Source of the DNA: Candidatus Woesearchaeota archaeon
Lineage (GTDB): Archaea; Nanobdellota; Nanobdellia; Woesearchaeales; DATGWN01
Length of the DNA stretch: 64,000 nt
Reading direction: 5' to 3'
Assembly: GCA_047603125.1 (NCBI GenBank)
Contig: JBLKOU010000001.1
Span: forward strand, 8,171 to 72,170
The position numbers and the translations under genes were made by a program. This document shows positions 39,901-47,997 of this stretch, piece by piece; within the stretch, counting starts at the first letter, position 1, and each line of letters starts with the position of its first letter. The notes under the pieces are model-generated. The model had not been told where the DNA came from. It saw only the letters and a list, made by a program, of their open reading frames with translations, and did no database searches.

Positions 39901-40274
39901 CGCACAACCAACCAGTATTGACACAGAGTTGTACACCGCCATCCCAAGACCCAGGTAATGGTGGCGGAGATTCTCCAGGAGGCCCGGGCAGTTCAGGTTT
40001 TGTTCCTGCGAGTGCACCATCAACTCAAGAGCAGACACAGCAAACTGTTGAAACACCTTCTCAAAATCAAACATTTGAAGAAGAGCCACAAGAGGATTCA
40101 CGAGATCAACAAGAGCAACAGCCAGCACAAGAAGCTCAACCTGCTGTGCAACAAGGTGAACTAACAACGCCCGCACCGCCAGTATCTTTTTGGATATTTT
40201 TTGGAATTGCAACGCTTGTGAGTGCGGTAATCGTGGGCTTTATTTTACGCCATCGTCGAGAGAAATACATTTAA
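36921..40274 (+). CDS. secreted S8 subtilisin-like serine protease fused to large glycosylation-sequon-rich repeat domains with C-terminal TM anchor (cell-surface/S-layer-like)
   Basis: Signal peptide; catalytic triad VIDTGIDYTHSAF (Asp), HGTHVAAIVGG (His), GTSMAAPHVAGA (Ser); >50 N-x-S/T sequons; Cys-rich module; PGNGGGDSPGGPGSSG linker; TM + RHRREKYI. Confidence 0.9.
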   Translation: MRFALFVFGLFLLASVSISFAQTQTYFVEFVDQSPELESSQTLRIQSMNQMSRQDIREVALSRLVDDEVRDTRSGDMRVQHSQIEESSLTIRHVYERYGNMIAMDLTPEQKSQLLDSELVTRITKSLPVQAFLSDTIDLLDIPAIWALEINGEPVVGSQVTIAVIDTGIDYTHSAFGNCERTANISDGSCSRVIGGYNYIDGNDDPFDDNGHGTHVAAIVGGNWAQPGVAPGVDFLAYKVLNSTGGGDFNDVVAAIERAVEDGADILVLSLGAYCVNGYNGSCGPEDVVSQLVNNATLLDNVSVVVAAGNCGGSQSTQCPDIYGDRSIATPGAAKHALTVGSITKSNTISGFSSRGPVEWTNASGEQNMTKPNIVSYGSSISAACSSEDTFCPPIPNANISKSGTSMAAPHVAGAVALIRQVAPALSSVQINELLTSTAQDLGYDNNTQGMGMLNITRALGEIIPIELDIMVYENETAVLANISVNGTNLQNYTFLFAPNASAQFVQITNNTDPIENEQVFSLLKTDIEDGQTLHFELTAFNVQEQQFSLIQNYTYYEAPLITVHSPINQTIYEASPIVNVSVTSASEIDEIWFLHNGTNMSYNDSPNYTFSQGIHNITVFANNTFGQQSSVFIEFTVNDTLAPRLTIHSPLNTTYHVSQIPINISAIDPHLDQIWFFNGTHNVTYEDPITLYFSDGVHTLIAYANDTFGNTNQTNVTFTVDTTPPVITLESANLTNASKPLYYLHASTNRNLTQANITYFNKTYPALINETNVTYPLYVPVFNESFSVQISVQDVFNRTAQKNVSLQVNFNGTINGSVFGDAFSIASDVEVSVNVTNQTDVQPIRINRMQTNRSIVEFSHNFTQGSLFLNAIRIRVDEQENASRVLVSGVNKTKTVYLELQGNTSRFSSICVVDRLEFDFVSDCPLYVDKFPNSTGSYNFTRDNQTIRLEGLQHSQVQQVCTESWSCVEWSSCSSSGEQTCDVYDDANSCGTTHNQPVLTQSCTPPSQDPGNGGGDSPGGPGSSGFVPASAPSTQEQTQQTVETPSQNQTFEEEPQEDSRDQQEQQPAQEAQPAVQQGELTTPAPPVSFWIFFGIATLVSAVIVGFILRHRREKYI

Positions 40275-40297
40275 ACAAGTGGTTCTTTTTTGTGTAC

Positions 40298-40462
40298 ATG
40301 AAGTGCGCAATTACAGGAAAACCAATCGAAAAAACATTTCTCGATAAGCTTATTGGAACTGTCATTAAAGATGAGAATGGAAAAAAGTATTATGTGAGTG
40401 CACAGGCACAGCAAAAATATAAAACAAAAGCTGAACTTTTAAAACAGCTCTCATCCAAATAG
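40298..40462 (+). CDS. small hypothetical protein (54 aa)
   Basis: Internal ATG of 90-aa ORF; MKCAITGKPIEKTFLDKLIG... Confidence 0.25.
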   Translation: MKCAITGKPIEKTFLDKLIGTVIKDENGKKYYVSAQAQQKYKTKAELLKQLSSK

Positions 40463-40466
40463 AACA

Positions 40467-40538
40467 AGCCCCTGGCGTGATTTGAACACGCGACCTTTTG
40501 CTTACGAGGCAAACGCTCTACCACTGAGCTACAGAGGC
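40467..40538 (-). tRNA. tRNA-Thr (anticodon CGT)
   Basis: Reverse complement GCCUCUGUAGCUCAGUGGUAGAGCGUUUGCCUCGUAAGCAAAAGGUCGCGUGUUCAAAUCACGCCAGGGGCU; anticodon loop CUCGUAA; no CCA encoded. Confidence 0.85.
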
Positions 40539-40564
40539 TTATTTTTACTGAAAACAAGTCCCTC

Positions 40565-40574
40565 TTTATAATAA
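40565..40574 (-). promoter_or_regulatory. candidate TATA box for tRNA-Thr
   Basis: TTATTATAAA (minus strand) 27-36 nt upstream of tRNA 5' end. Confidence 0.3.
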
Positions 40575-40599
40575 TTTTGGAGATTTAGTCTAAGACAGA

Positions 40600-40730
40600 A
40601 GTAAATTCTAATGCGACGATTCTGAACAGTGGTTCATCTTGCGAATTTCTCCGGCGCAGAGCTTCGCGAAATTCTGATTATGCGCCAAGGCATTATAATT
40701 TTTTATTGTCGCTAACTAATTTTTTGACTG
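40600..40730. repeat. repeat family C module C2 (contains GGCGCA...TGCGCC inverted repeat and GCGCCAAGGCATTATAATTTTTTATTGTCGCTAACTAA tail)
   Basis: Homologous to 42700-42850 and partly 12750-12860. Confidence 0.5.
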
Positions 40731-40760
40731 TAAATTAAGAATGACTATATTTTTTTTATA

Positions 40761-41390
40761 CTAAGTTCGCATGCGAAAAATTTCATCCGCCTTTTCTTTT
40801 TCTACATCTAATGGCTCAAATTCTCCAAGGTCTTGTTTTGGAACGACTACTTGTGTTCGAGAAAGAGCTTTTGAATTAAGTAAAACCCAATTTGTGGAGT
40901 CATAGACAAGTGTAACATCGTGCAGATTTGTATCCTCCCATTGTTTGCCTCTTGCAGTATATGGGAGTGTAGAAATTGCTCCGACACGCATCCATTCAAT
41001 CCCTTTAGGATGACAACGAAGGAGTATGCTTCTATTTAAATCTCCACTGAGACCACAAGCTCCGGTACATGTTTCGTCTCCATGAATATCTGTTTGAACT
41101 GCATTTCTATAATATGCCTCTAATCCCCAGTATCCTCGAAGTCGTTGTGTGAGTGATAGATGGCGTGCATCATAGACAAGTGTGCGATTTGTCAGTGTGC
41201 CAATTGTATTGAGTAAGGTGTGGACTGGAAGTTCTGTTTGCTGAGCGAGCCATTGGTATTTTTCTTGAGAAGGTGGTGCAAGATTAAGTGGCGGGAGTTT
41301 TGGACGCAGTTGCACAATCTTTTCAATTCCATATCGTTCGTACGGTAATTCAAGTCTCACATGGGTTCCAAAATCGTATAAATCATCCAT
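40761..41390 (-). CDS. conserved hypothetical protein with HGDETCTGACG Cys motif
   Basis: 209 aa, no family assignable by eye. Confidence 0.45.
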   Translation of the reverse strand: MDDLYDFGTHVRLELPYERYGIEKIVQLRPKLPPLNLAPPSQEKYQWLAQQTELPVHTLLNTIGTLTNRTLVYDARHLSLTQRLRGYWGLEAYYRNAVQTDIHGDETCTGACGLSGDLNRSILLRCHPKGIEWMRVGAISTLPYTARGKQWEDTNLHDVTLVYDSTNWVLLNSKALSRTQVVVPKQDLGEFEPLDVEKEKADEIFRMRT

Positions 41391-41558
41391 GTTGGTATGA
41401 TTGATTTTGTTTTATAAGAATTATGTGTGTAACTATTTGAAAATTTTTCGGTTTTTACGCATTAATAATTATCTAAATAAGCTCTCTGTAAGCATACTTT
41501 TGGAAAAAATATAGCAAATATTTTTAAATAAAGAGTGCCAAAAGGACTATAAAAAGAG

Positions 41559-42599
41559 GTGTATGGGGTGTCTAGTTTTTTTACAACGGGGTATGGGCAA
41601 GTTCTTATTGTCTTTGCAATTCTATTCTTAACACACATTATTACTAGACTTATTCGAAAATTATTGAATTTTTACTTTGAAAAACATAATAAACGACATC
41701 AATCTCGCGTATCATTAACACAGCAAGCTCTTGTTCGTCATTTTATCGGCTTTATTATTTATTTGTTAGGTATTGGAGTTGCTATTTATACCGTTCCATC
41801 CTTGCGTTCATTGTCTATTTCATTGTTTGCGGGGGCGGGTGTTCTTGCAATTATCGTTGGTTTTGCATCCCGTGAGGCATTTTCAAATATTGTGAGTGGT
41901 ATTTTTATAGGAATTTTTATTCCATTTCGTGTTGGAGATATTATTTCATTAAAAGATGATATTTTGGGTGTTGTGGAAGATATTAATATGCGTCACACAA
42001 CACTTCGTACATTTGAGAACAAGCGAGTTATTATTCCAAATATGGTGATGAATGACGCAATTATTACCAATTTTAGTATTAATGATGAGCAAATGTGTCG
42101 CTTTGTTGATTTTGATATTAGCTATGACTCGGATATTGATCTTGCGATGAAAATTATGCAAGAACAGGCAGAAAAACATCCGTATTGTTTAGATATACGA
42201 ACCGGTGATCAGAAAAAACAACAAGTTCCAAAAGTTACTGTTCGAGTTATTAAACTCGGTGAGCATTATATTCGATTACGTGCATGGGTGTGGGCTGCAA
42301 ATCCAAGCGAAGCGTTTGTTCTTGGTTGTGACTTGAATAAGTCCATAAAAGAAGAATTTGATGCACAGGGTGTTGAAATTCCATTCCCTTACAGAACAAT
42401 GGTGATGAAAAAGGATTTACCAAAAGCAAAAAAATTGAGTGCGAAGCAAAAAAAAGCAGTGCAAAAACGTTTTGCAAATGCACTTTCTCCTATTCCAAAA
42501 GCAGTAGAAGATGATTCTGTTCAAAAACATGAAACGCTTTTGAATAAGTTAGCAAATATTAAACAATCGCTTTCTTCGAATTCACAAAAAGAAAAATAG
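41559..42599 (+). CDS. mscS: MscS-family small-conductance mechanosensitive channel
   Basis: 3 TM then FASREAFSNIVSGIFIGIFIPFRVGDIISL...GVVEDINMRHTTLRTFENKRVIIPN. Confidence 0.85.
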   Translation: MYGVSSFFTTGYGQVLIVFAILFLTHIITRLIRKLLNFYFEKHNKRHQSRVSLTQQALVRHFIGFIIYLLGIGVAIYTVPSLRSLSISLFAGAGVLAIIVGFASREAFSNIVSGIFIGIFIPFRVGDIISLKDDILGVVEDINMRHTTLRTFENKRVIIPNMVMNDAIITNFSINDEQMCRFVDFDISYDSDIDLAMKIMQEQAEKHPYCLDIRTGDQKKQQVPKVTVRVIKLGEHYIRLRAWVWAANPSEAFVLGCDLNKSIKEEFDAQGVEIPFPYRTMVMKKDLPKAKKLSAKQKKAVQKRFANALSPIPKAVEDDSVQKHETLLNKLANIKQSLSSNSQKEK

Positions 42600-42618
42600 A
42601 TGTAACGCCATTCTTAGA

Positions 42619-42696
42619 AAAAAGAGCACCTTGGCGAAAGGTTAGAAAATTCAGTGATTGGTTGAAAGCTTCTTTCAAACTTGAGGATGAGAATCC
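42619..42696 (-). repeat. repeat family A copy A5 (partial: one TIR plus hairpin module B)
   Basis: Matches 25992-26080 over ~78 nt, then continues into family C module. Confidence 0.7.
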
Positions 42697-42699
42697 GAA

Positions 42700-42850
42700 A
42701 AGTTGCTAGTAAATAGTCGACGACATTAATTTCGCATAACTCGGCGATTTCACGACAGCTGTCAAGTTTGCAAAATCAGAGCTGCATGAATCGCTCTGAT
42801 TTTTGATTTTACGCCAAGGAGTTATGCTTTTCTTTTGCCGCTAACTAAAA
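42700..42850. repeat. repeat family C module C3 (contains 10-bp inverted repeat AAATCAGAGC/GCTCTGATTT)
   Basis: Tail TTACGCCAAGGAGTTATGCTTTTCTTTTGCCGCTAACTAAAA matches C2. Confidence 0.5.
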
Positions 42851-42903
42851 TGTGAAAGGTTTTTTAATACATTTTTTAAAGAAAAGTTAGATTCACTAGA
42901 ATA

Positions 42904-43488
42904 ATGAAACCGTTAATTGTTTGTGCGAATCCTCACAGAAATGGTCATTGTAAATATATTCTTGATGTTATATGTGAGCAAGTTGGTGATTATGAACTTT
43001 TGGATTTATATCATGAGGAGTTTGATCCTCGCTTACACGAATCTGAATTGTATACAATTGGAAATGAGGCTTCTAAACAAACAAAGCAACTCCAAAATAA
43101 AGTAGAACAAAGTCCATTATTAATATTCATTTATCCCGTCTGGTGGAATAGTATGCCTGCAATGCTTAAAGGGTATTTTGACCGGGTGTATAGTGCAGGG
43201 TTTGCGTTTGAGTACAAAAGAATACCTGTGTTTAATATTCATGCACCAAAACCATTATTGAAAGGAAAACAAGCACTTATTTTTACAACAATGGGAGCAA
43301 AACATTGGATGGCTCCAACAATACTACGAAACCGATTCAAAAAACAGATACAATCTGATATTATGCGATTTTGTGGAATTCGCTCAAAAATATATTCTCT
43401 CTATGATTGTAAACAAAAGACATTGGAACAACGAAAGCCACACATTCGGCAGATGGTTATTCGTGCAATCAGAACCTATTTAAAATAA
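42904..43488 (+). CDS. flavodoxin-like fold NAD(P)H-dependent oxidoreductase (Flavodoxin_2/quinone reductase-like)
   Basis: MKPLIVCANPHRNGHC..., LIFIYPVWWNSMPAMLKGYFDRV. Confidence 0.55.
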   Translation: MKPLIVCANPHRNGHCKYILDVICEQVGDYELLDLYHEEFDPRLHESELYTIGNEASKQTKQLQNKVEQSPLLIFIYPVWWNSMPAMLKGYFDRVYSAGFAFEYKRIPVFNIHAPKPLLKGKQALIFTTMGAKHWMAPTILRNRFKKQIQSDIMRFCGIRSKIYSLYDCKQKTLEQRKPHIRQMVIRAIRTYLK

Positions 43489-43588
43489 AAAAGATTTCTT
43501 CTTCGGATGCCAACACTTGATAAAGCAAAATGGGCGGGGGAATACGTGATTTTCGGGAGAAAACCGTTTATTTATCGGAGATTAAATT

Positions 43589-43831
43589 TTATCCGTCAAG
43601 AAACTTCTCGGTTACGCCGATATGCACAAAATTTGCAACCTGAATGGCAGAGTTCTTTTTGAAATGCGTATTCTTTAAGCTTGGATGATCGGGTAGGGCA
43701 ATCGCAATATTGTGATGATAAACTCCTTCGTGCAATTGAATTAGCAGATCGTAAGTGTCAAAAACATATCCTTGCGCTTCAATGGGTAGGAAAAGATACC
43801 CATGTAATTTCTCGAGCCTATTTTCGTGCAT
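43589..43831 (-). CDS. hypothetical protein
   Basis: 80-aa ORF downstream of ferredoxin-like gene. Confidence 0.3.
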   Translation of the reverse strand: MHENRLEKLHGYLFLPIEAQGYVFDTYDLLIQLHEGVYHHNIAIALPDHPSLKNTHFKKNSAIQVANFVHIGVTEKFLDG

Positions 43832-43895
43832 TTGATGACTATTCGCAAGCAGTTAATAATCATCGCTCGGACTGGTCAGGTTTTCCCGATACACT

Positions 43896-44150
43896 TTAGT
43901 ATCGGAGTTTAATGTGTCCGGATTTGGCTTTACACTGGCAAGCAAGCCGCTCTTTCGGGTTCATGCCCATATCTTTTTCTTCTTGGGTTAATTCACTTAA
44001 ATTTTCTTCTCCCTGCTCAACTTCAACAAAGCAAGAACCGCAAATACCTTCCGTGCACCCGAATGGAACTCCTGCTCTTTCAGCTTCTTCTTTAAAGAAC
44101 TGTCCGTCGGGAATATCAAATTCCATGTCATTTATGATTACTTTTGCCAT
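43896..44150 (-). CDS. small [2Fe-2S] ferredoxin-like protein
   Basis: GCTEGICGSC...C.C cysteine pattern (C-x4-C-x2-C...C); divergent from suf operon. Confidence 0.55.
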   Translation of the reverse strand: MAKVIINDMEFDIPDGQFFKEEAERAGVPFGCTEGICGSCFVEVEQGEENLSELTQEEKDMGMNPKERLACQCKAKSGHIKLRY

Positions 44151-44229
44151 TATTTATGATGATTTTGTGAGTTTTTAAATATTTTATGGAGTGGCGGGGC
44201 TTTTAAAAAATATTACATAATCTTTATTA

Positions 44230-47200
44230 ATGGTCAGGAGTTTTCGATTATGTATGCACACGCAAGAAGAATTCACCATAGATAGGCAGCGCTATGATAG
44301 CGCAAATGAGGAGCGTTTACTCTATCGTGCAAAGGATGGGATTAGCGAGCAGCTTGTTAGAGAAATCTCAAAAAGCAAAAATGAGCCTGAGTGGATGCTT
44401 CAAAAGCGATTAAAGGGTTTTGAGCTGTTTTTAAAGATGGAAAATCCAACATGGGGGCCATCGCTTGAAAAATTAGATTTATCAAAAATTTCTTACTTTT
44501 TGCGTCCAGATGCAAAGAAAAATGCTACGAGTTGGGATGATGTCCCTGATGATATCAAAAATACATTTGATAAGCTGGGAATTCCAAAAGCAGAACGAGA
44601 AGCATTGGCTGGAGTTGGTGCACAATATGATTCTGAAACCGTGTATCATAATTTACAAAAAGAATTACAAGATCAAGGAGTGGTGTTTATTGATTGCGAT
44701 GAGGCTGTTCACAAATATCCTGATTTAGTAAAAAAATATTTTATGACAAGCTGTGTTCCTATGAATTTACATCGATATAGTGCGCTTCATGCTGCTGTTT
44801 GGTCGGGAGGGACATTTATTTATATTCCTAAGGGAGTCAAAGTAGAAAAGCCATTGCAAGCATACTTTCGTATGAATGCACGAAAAGGTGGGCAATTTGA
44901 GCATACGCTTATTATTGTTGATGAGGGTGCGGAGGTTTCTTATATTGAAGGGTGTTTTGGGGCAGGGACGCAGATAACGACAAATCCTGATTATAAGCCA
45001 ATTGAGCAAATTCGCTCAGGTGAAAAAATACTGACAAGCGAAGGAGAGTTTAAGCATTCAAAAGATATTCAAGCACAGCCATATACGGGTAAAATGGCAA
45101 AAATCCAACTCTGGGGTGATACGACGCAAACAATTAACGTGACGCAAGAACATCCATTTTTATATGTTGATAAAAAGCATGCTCGTGAGAAAAATAAGCA
45201 GTTTACTCCTCGCTGGAACATGCCAGCATATTTTCAAAAAGGAGATTATTTATGTATGCCGATTAATCAAGTTGTAAAACACAACGACGAACATACATTT
45301 GTGTATTTACGCCATATTGATGGGAAACGTGAACGCGTAGAATGGCCAGTTCAGGTGTCTGCAGAATTATTTCGGTTAATAGGGTACTATTTAGCACAAG
45401 GAAGTGTGAGTAGTAATGCGTATTTGAATTTTTCATTTCATTTTCAAGAGCGAGAGTATATTGAAGATGTGAAAAGATGTTTGAAAAAAGTATTTGGGAT
45501 AAAAAAAATACTGGAAATGCACCATAAAAAAAATAATGGGACGAGTTTAGTCGTTTGTTCTGTTGATTTGGCAAGAATCTTTAAAGAATTTGGAAAGAGC
45601 GCAAATACAAAATCATTGCCTGCATGGGTGATTTATGAAAAACCGCATCTACAAAAAGAACTGATTAAGGGCTGGTTTAGAGGGGATGGAAATTATTTTA
45701 AGAAAAAAACAGTTTCAGGGTTAAAAGAAGCAATACGAATAAATACGGTGAGTGAAAAATTGGCAAAACAGGCTCGTGATTTATTATTGCGTCAAGGCAT
45801 AGTTTCCTTTATTAATTCACAAGATCGTCAATCGACAAATAGACAAACTATGTATACTATAGGAATTGGCGGTGAATTTCTTCCCAAAATGGGGGAGCTT
45901 GTTGGAATTTCAATTTCAAAAACACTGAATGGGAAAAAGCGTGCGAGTATGTTCGGGATTGACAAGAAATTTGCATATATTCCTATACGTTCGATTACAT
46001 TTGAACAAGTAACAAATTATCCGGTATATAATTTTGGTGTGACTGATCATCAAACATTTACTGCTGGTGGCGTTGCCGTTCATAATTGCTCAGCTCCGGT
46101 ATACACTGAGAATTCGCTCCATGCAGGATGTGTAGAAATTCATGTCCTCAAAGGTGCAAGAGCAAGATATTCAAGTATTGAGAATTGGTCCAAAAATACG
46201 TATAATCTTAATACAAAGCGTGCCGTTGTTCATGATGATGGAATAATTGAATGGATTAACGGCAATTTAGGTTGCCTAACAGATTCATCAAAGGTATTTA
46301 CTAATCCCCGCGGTCCAAAAAATATATCTGCAATTTCACCGGGAGACAAAGTGCTCAGCTATGATTTTCAAGCAAAAAAAATTGTTCCTGGCACGGTTAA
46401 GCAAATGGTTTATAATGGGGATAGGGAGATTTTTGAAATAACGGCTGCAGGAAGAAGTTTAGAAGCAACTCAAAATCATCCTTTTTTAACATTAAGTAAG
46501 ACTCAAGATAATCCAAAAAAAAATTTTTATTCATATCAATGGAAACCATTGTCTCAGTTACAAGTGGGCGATATGATTTGTGTTACAAAAAACATTCCAA
46601 ACAAAGGCGAGTCTTTTCGTATACCTGCATTATCAGAATATTTACACGTTCAATCCAAAAATCAATATGCGTCTTTTTCCATGTCAACCAAACACCTCCA
46701 TAATTCGAAGATTACTATTCCAAAAAAGACCAATCCTGATTTGATGTGGCTATTAGGATTATTAATAGGGGATGGTTTTGTGGATGTTTCGCAAAATAAA
46801 ATTAATATTGCAACACATTATCTTGAAGATTATAGAGAATCGCAACTCATACGAATTCTTAAAGAGCAATTTAATTATACTGTAACTGAGAAAAAAGAAC
46901 GTTTTGTCATTATTAATTCGAAAAAACTTTGTGAATTATTTACAGTTCTTGGAGTATCGGGTACAGCAAAAACAAAACGTATACCTAATTGGGTTTATAC
47001 GCTTCCTGAAATTGAGATGGAGGCTTTTTTGGGAGGCTATTTTGATGCTGATGGACACGTACAAAAAAATGGTGCGTATTTAACAAGTTGTAATAAATCT
47101 TTATTAGAAGATTTTCGTTTATTGGCAATTCAATTAGGGTATGGTATTTCAAGAATATTTAAACATATGTCTGAGGGTACGAGAACAATTTTAGGGGTTG

Positions 47201-47997
47201 ATTGTATTGCTTCAGATAGTTTTCGATTGTTACTCAGTGGAGAAAAAATTTGTTCACTTGATTCGCGTTCGAAAAAGAAAAAGGCAAAGCTTTTACAAAT
47301 TACGTCAAAAAGAAATTTTCGAACAGCAAAGAATCAAAATTTCTCTTCAAAAACAACGGATGAAATTGGCTTTGCAAGAATTGATGCTATTATAAAAAAA
47401 GGTATACGTCCCACATTTGATATTGAGGTTGAAAAATATCACAATTTTATTGCTAATGGGCTGATTGTACATAATAGCGGAGTCACGATGCTCTACCCGG
47501 GTTCAATGTTGATGGGTGATCGTTCAAAATCTGATTTTATTGGTATTGCGCTAGCTAATAAAGATCAAAACCAAGATACTGGTTGTAAAATTATTCATAT
47601 CGGTGAGCAGACATCATCAACGATTACTTCCAAATCAATTAGTCTTAATGGCGGTATTTCAACATATCGTGGATTAGTGAGTATCCGAAAAGGTGCGAAA
47701 GGAGCAGCAACTAGTGTGGAGTGTGATGCGCTCATGATTGATAATGAGAGTCAATCAAATACATATCCGTATATGGATATTCATGAAAAAGATGTTGACG
47801 TTGCACATGAGGCTACTGTAGGAAAAATAAGTGAAGAGCAAATATTTTATTTAATGAGTCGTGGGTTGAGTGAAGAAGTTGCAAAGCAAATGATAGTTTC
47901 TGGTTTTATAGAACCAATTGTCAAAGAATTGCCACTTGAGTATGCAGTTGAATTAAATAAACTCATTGAATTAGAAATGGAGGGGAATTTAGGATGA
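44230..47997 (+). CDS. sufB: Fe-S cluster assembly protein SufB interrupted by two inteins
   Basis: Extein segments match SufB (DEGAEVSYIEG|CSAPVYTENSLHAG..., IEWINGNLG|SGVTMLYPGSMLMGD..., C-terminal SRGLSEEVAKQMIVSGF); 1255 aa = ~476 extein + 378 + 401 intein residues. Confidence 0.9.
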   Translation: MVRSFRLCMHTQEEFTIDRQRYDSANEERLLYRAKDGISEQLVREISKSKNEPEWMLQKRLKGFELFLKMENPTWGPSLEKLDLSKISYFLRPDAKKNATSWDDVPDDIKNTFDKLGIPKAEREALAGVGAQYDSETVYHNLQKELQDQGVVFIDCDEAVHKYPDLVKKYFMTSCVPMNLHRYSALHAAVWSGGTFIYIPKGVKVEKPLQAYFRMNARKGGQFEHTLIIVDEGAEVSYIEGCFGAGTQITTNPDYKPIEQIRSGEKILTSEGEFKHSKDIQAQPYTGKMAKIQLWGDTTQTINVTQEHPFLYVDKKHAREKNKQFTPRWNMPAYFQKGDYLCMPINQVVKHNDEHTFVYLRHIDGKRERVEWPVQVSAELFRLIGYYLAQGSVSSNAYLNFSFHFQEREYIEDVKRCLKKVFGIKKILEMHHKKNNGTSLVVCSVDLARIFKEFGKSANTKSLPAWVIYEKPHLQKELIKGWFRGDGNYFKKKTVSGLKEAIRINTVSEKLAKQARDLLLRQGIVSFINSQDRQSTNRQTMYTIGIGGEFLPKMGELVGISISKTLNGKKRASMFGIDKKFAYIPIRSITFEQVTNYPVYNFGVTDHQTFTAGGVAVHNCSAPVYTENSLHAGCVEIHVLKGARARYSSIENWSKNTYNLNTKRAVVHDDGIIEWINGNLGCLTDSSKVFTNPRGPKNISAISPGDKVLSYDFQAKKIVPGTVKQMVYNGDREIFEITAAGRSLEATQNHPFLTLSKTQDNPKKNFYSYQWKPLSQLQVGDMICVTKNIPNKGESFRIPALSEYLHVQSKNQYASFSMSTKHLHNSKITIPKKTNPDLMWLLGLLIGDGFVDVSQNKINIATHYLEDYRESQLIRILKEQFNYTVTEKKERFVIINSKKLCELFTVLGVSGTAKTKRIPNWVYTLPEIEMEAFLGGYFDADGHVQKNGAYLTSCNKSLLEDFRLLAIQLGYGISRIFKHMSEGTRTILGVDCIASDSFRLLLSGEKICSLDSRSKKKKAKLLQITSKRNFRTAKNQNFSSKTTDEIGFARIDAIIKKGIRPTFDIEVEKYHNFIANGLIVHNSGVTMLYPGSMLMGDRSKSDFIGIALANKDQNQDTGCKIIHIGEQTSSTITSKSISLNGGISTYRGLVSIRKGAKGAATSVECDALMIDNESQSNTYPYMDIHEKDVDVAHEATVGKISEEQIFYLMSRGLSEEVAKQMIVSGFIEPIVKELPLEYAVELNKLIELEMEGNLG
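44953..46086 (+). mobile_element. SufB intein 1 with LAGLIDADG homing-endonuclease domain
   Basis: Starts Cys (CFGAGTQ), ends HN before +1 Cys (CSAPVY); DOD motifs LIGYYLAQGSV and IKGWFRGDGNY. Confidence 0.85.
46273..47475 (+). mobile_element. SufB intein 2 with LAGLIDADG homing-endonuclease domain
   Basis: Starts Cys (CLTDSS), ends GLIVHN before +1 Ser (SGVTM); DOD motifs LLGLLIGDGFVD and FLGGYFDADGHV. Confidence 0.85.

Noticed and set aside
43681-43899. 72-aa plus-strand ORF
   Set aside because: It is antisense to the 80-aa minus ORF and the ferredoxin 3' region, with no motifs or RBS.
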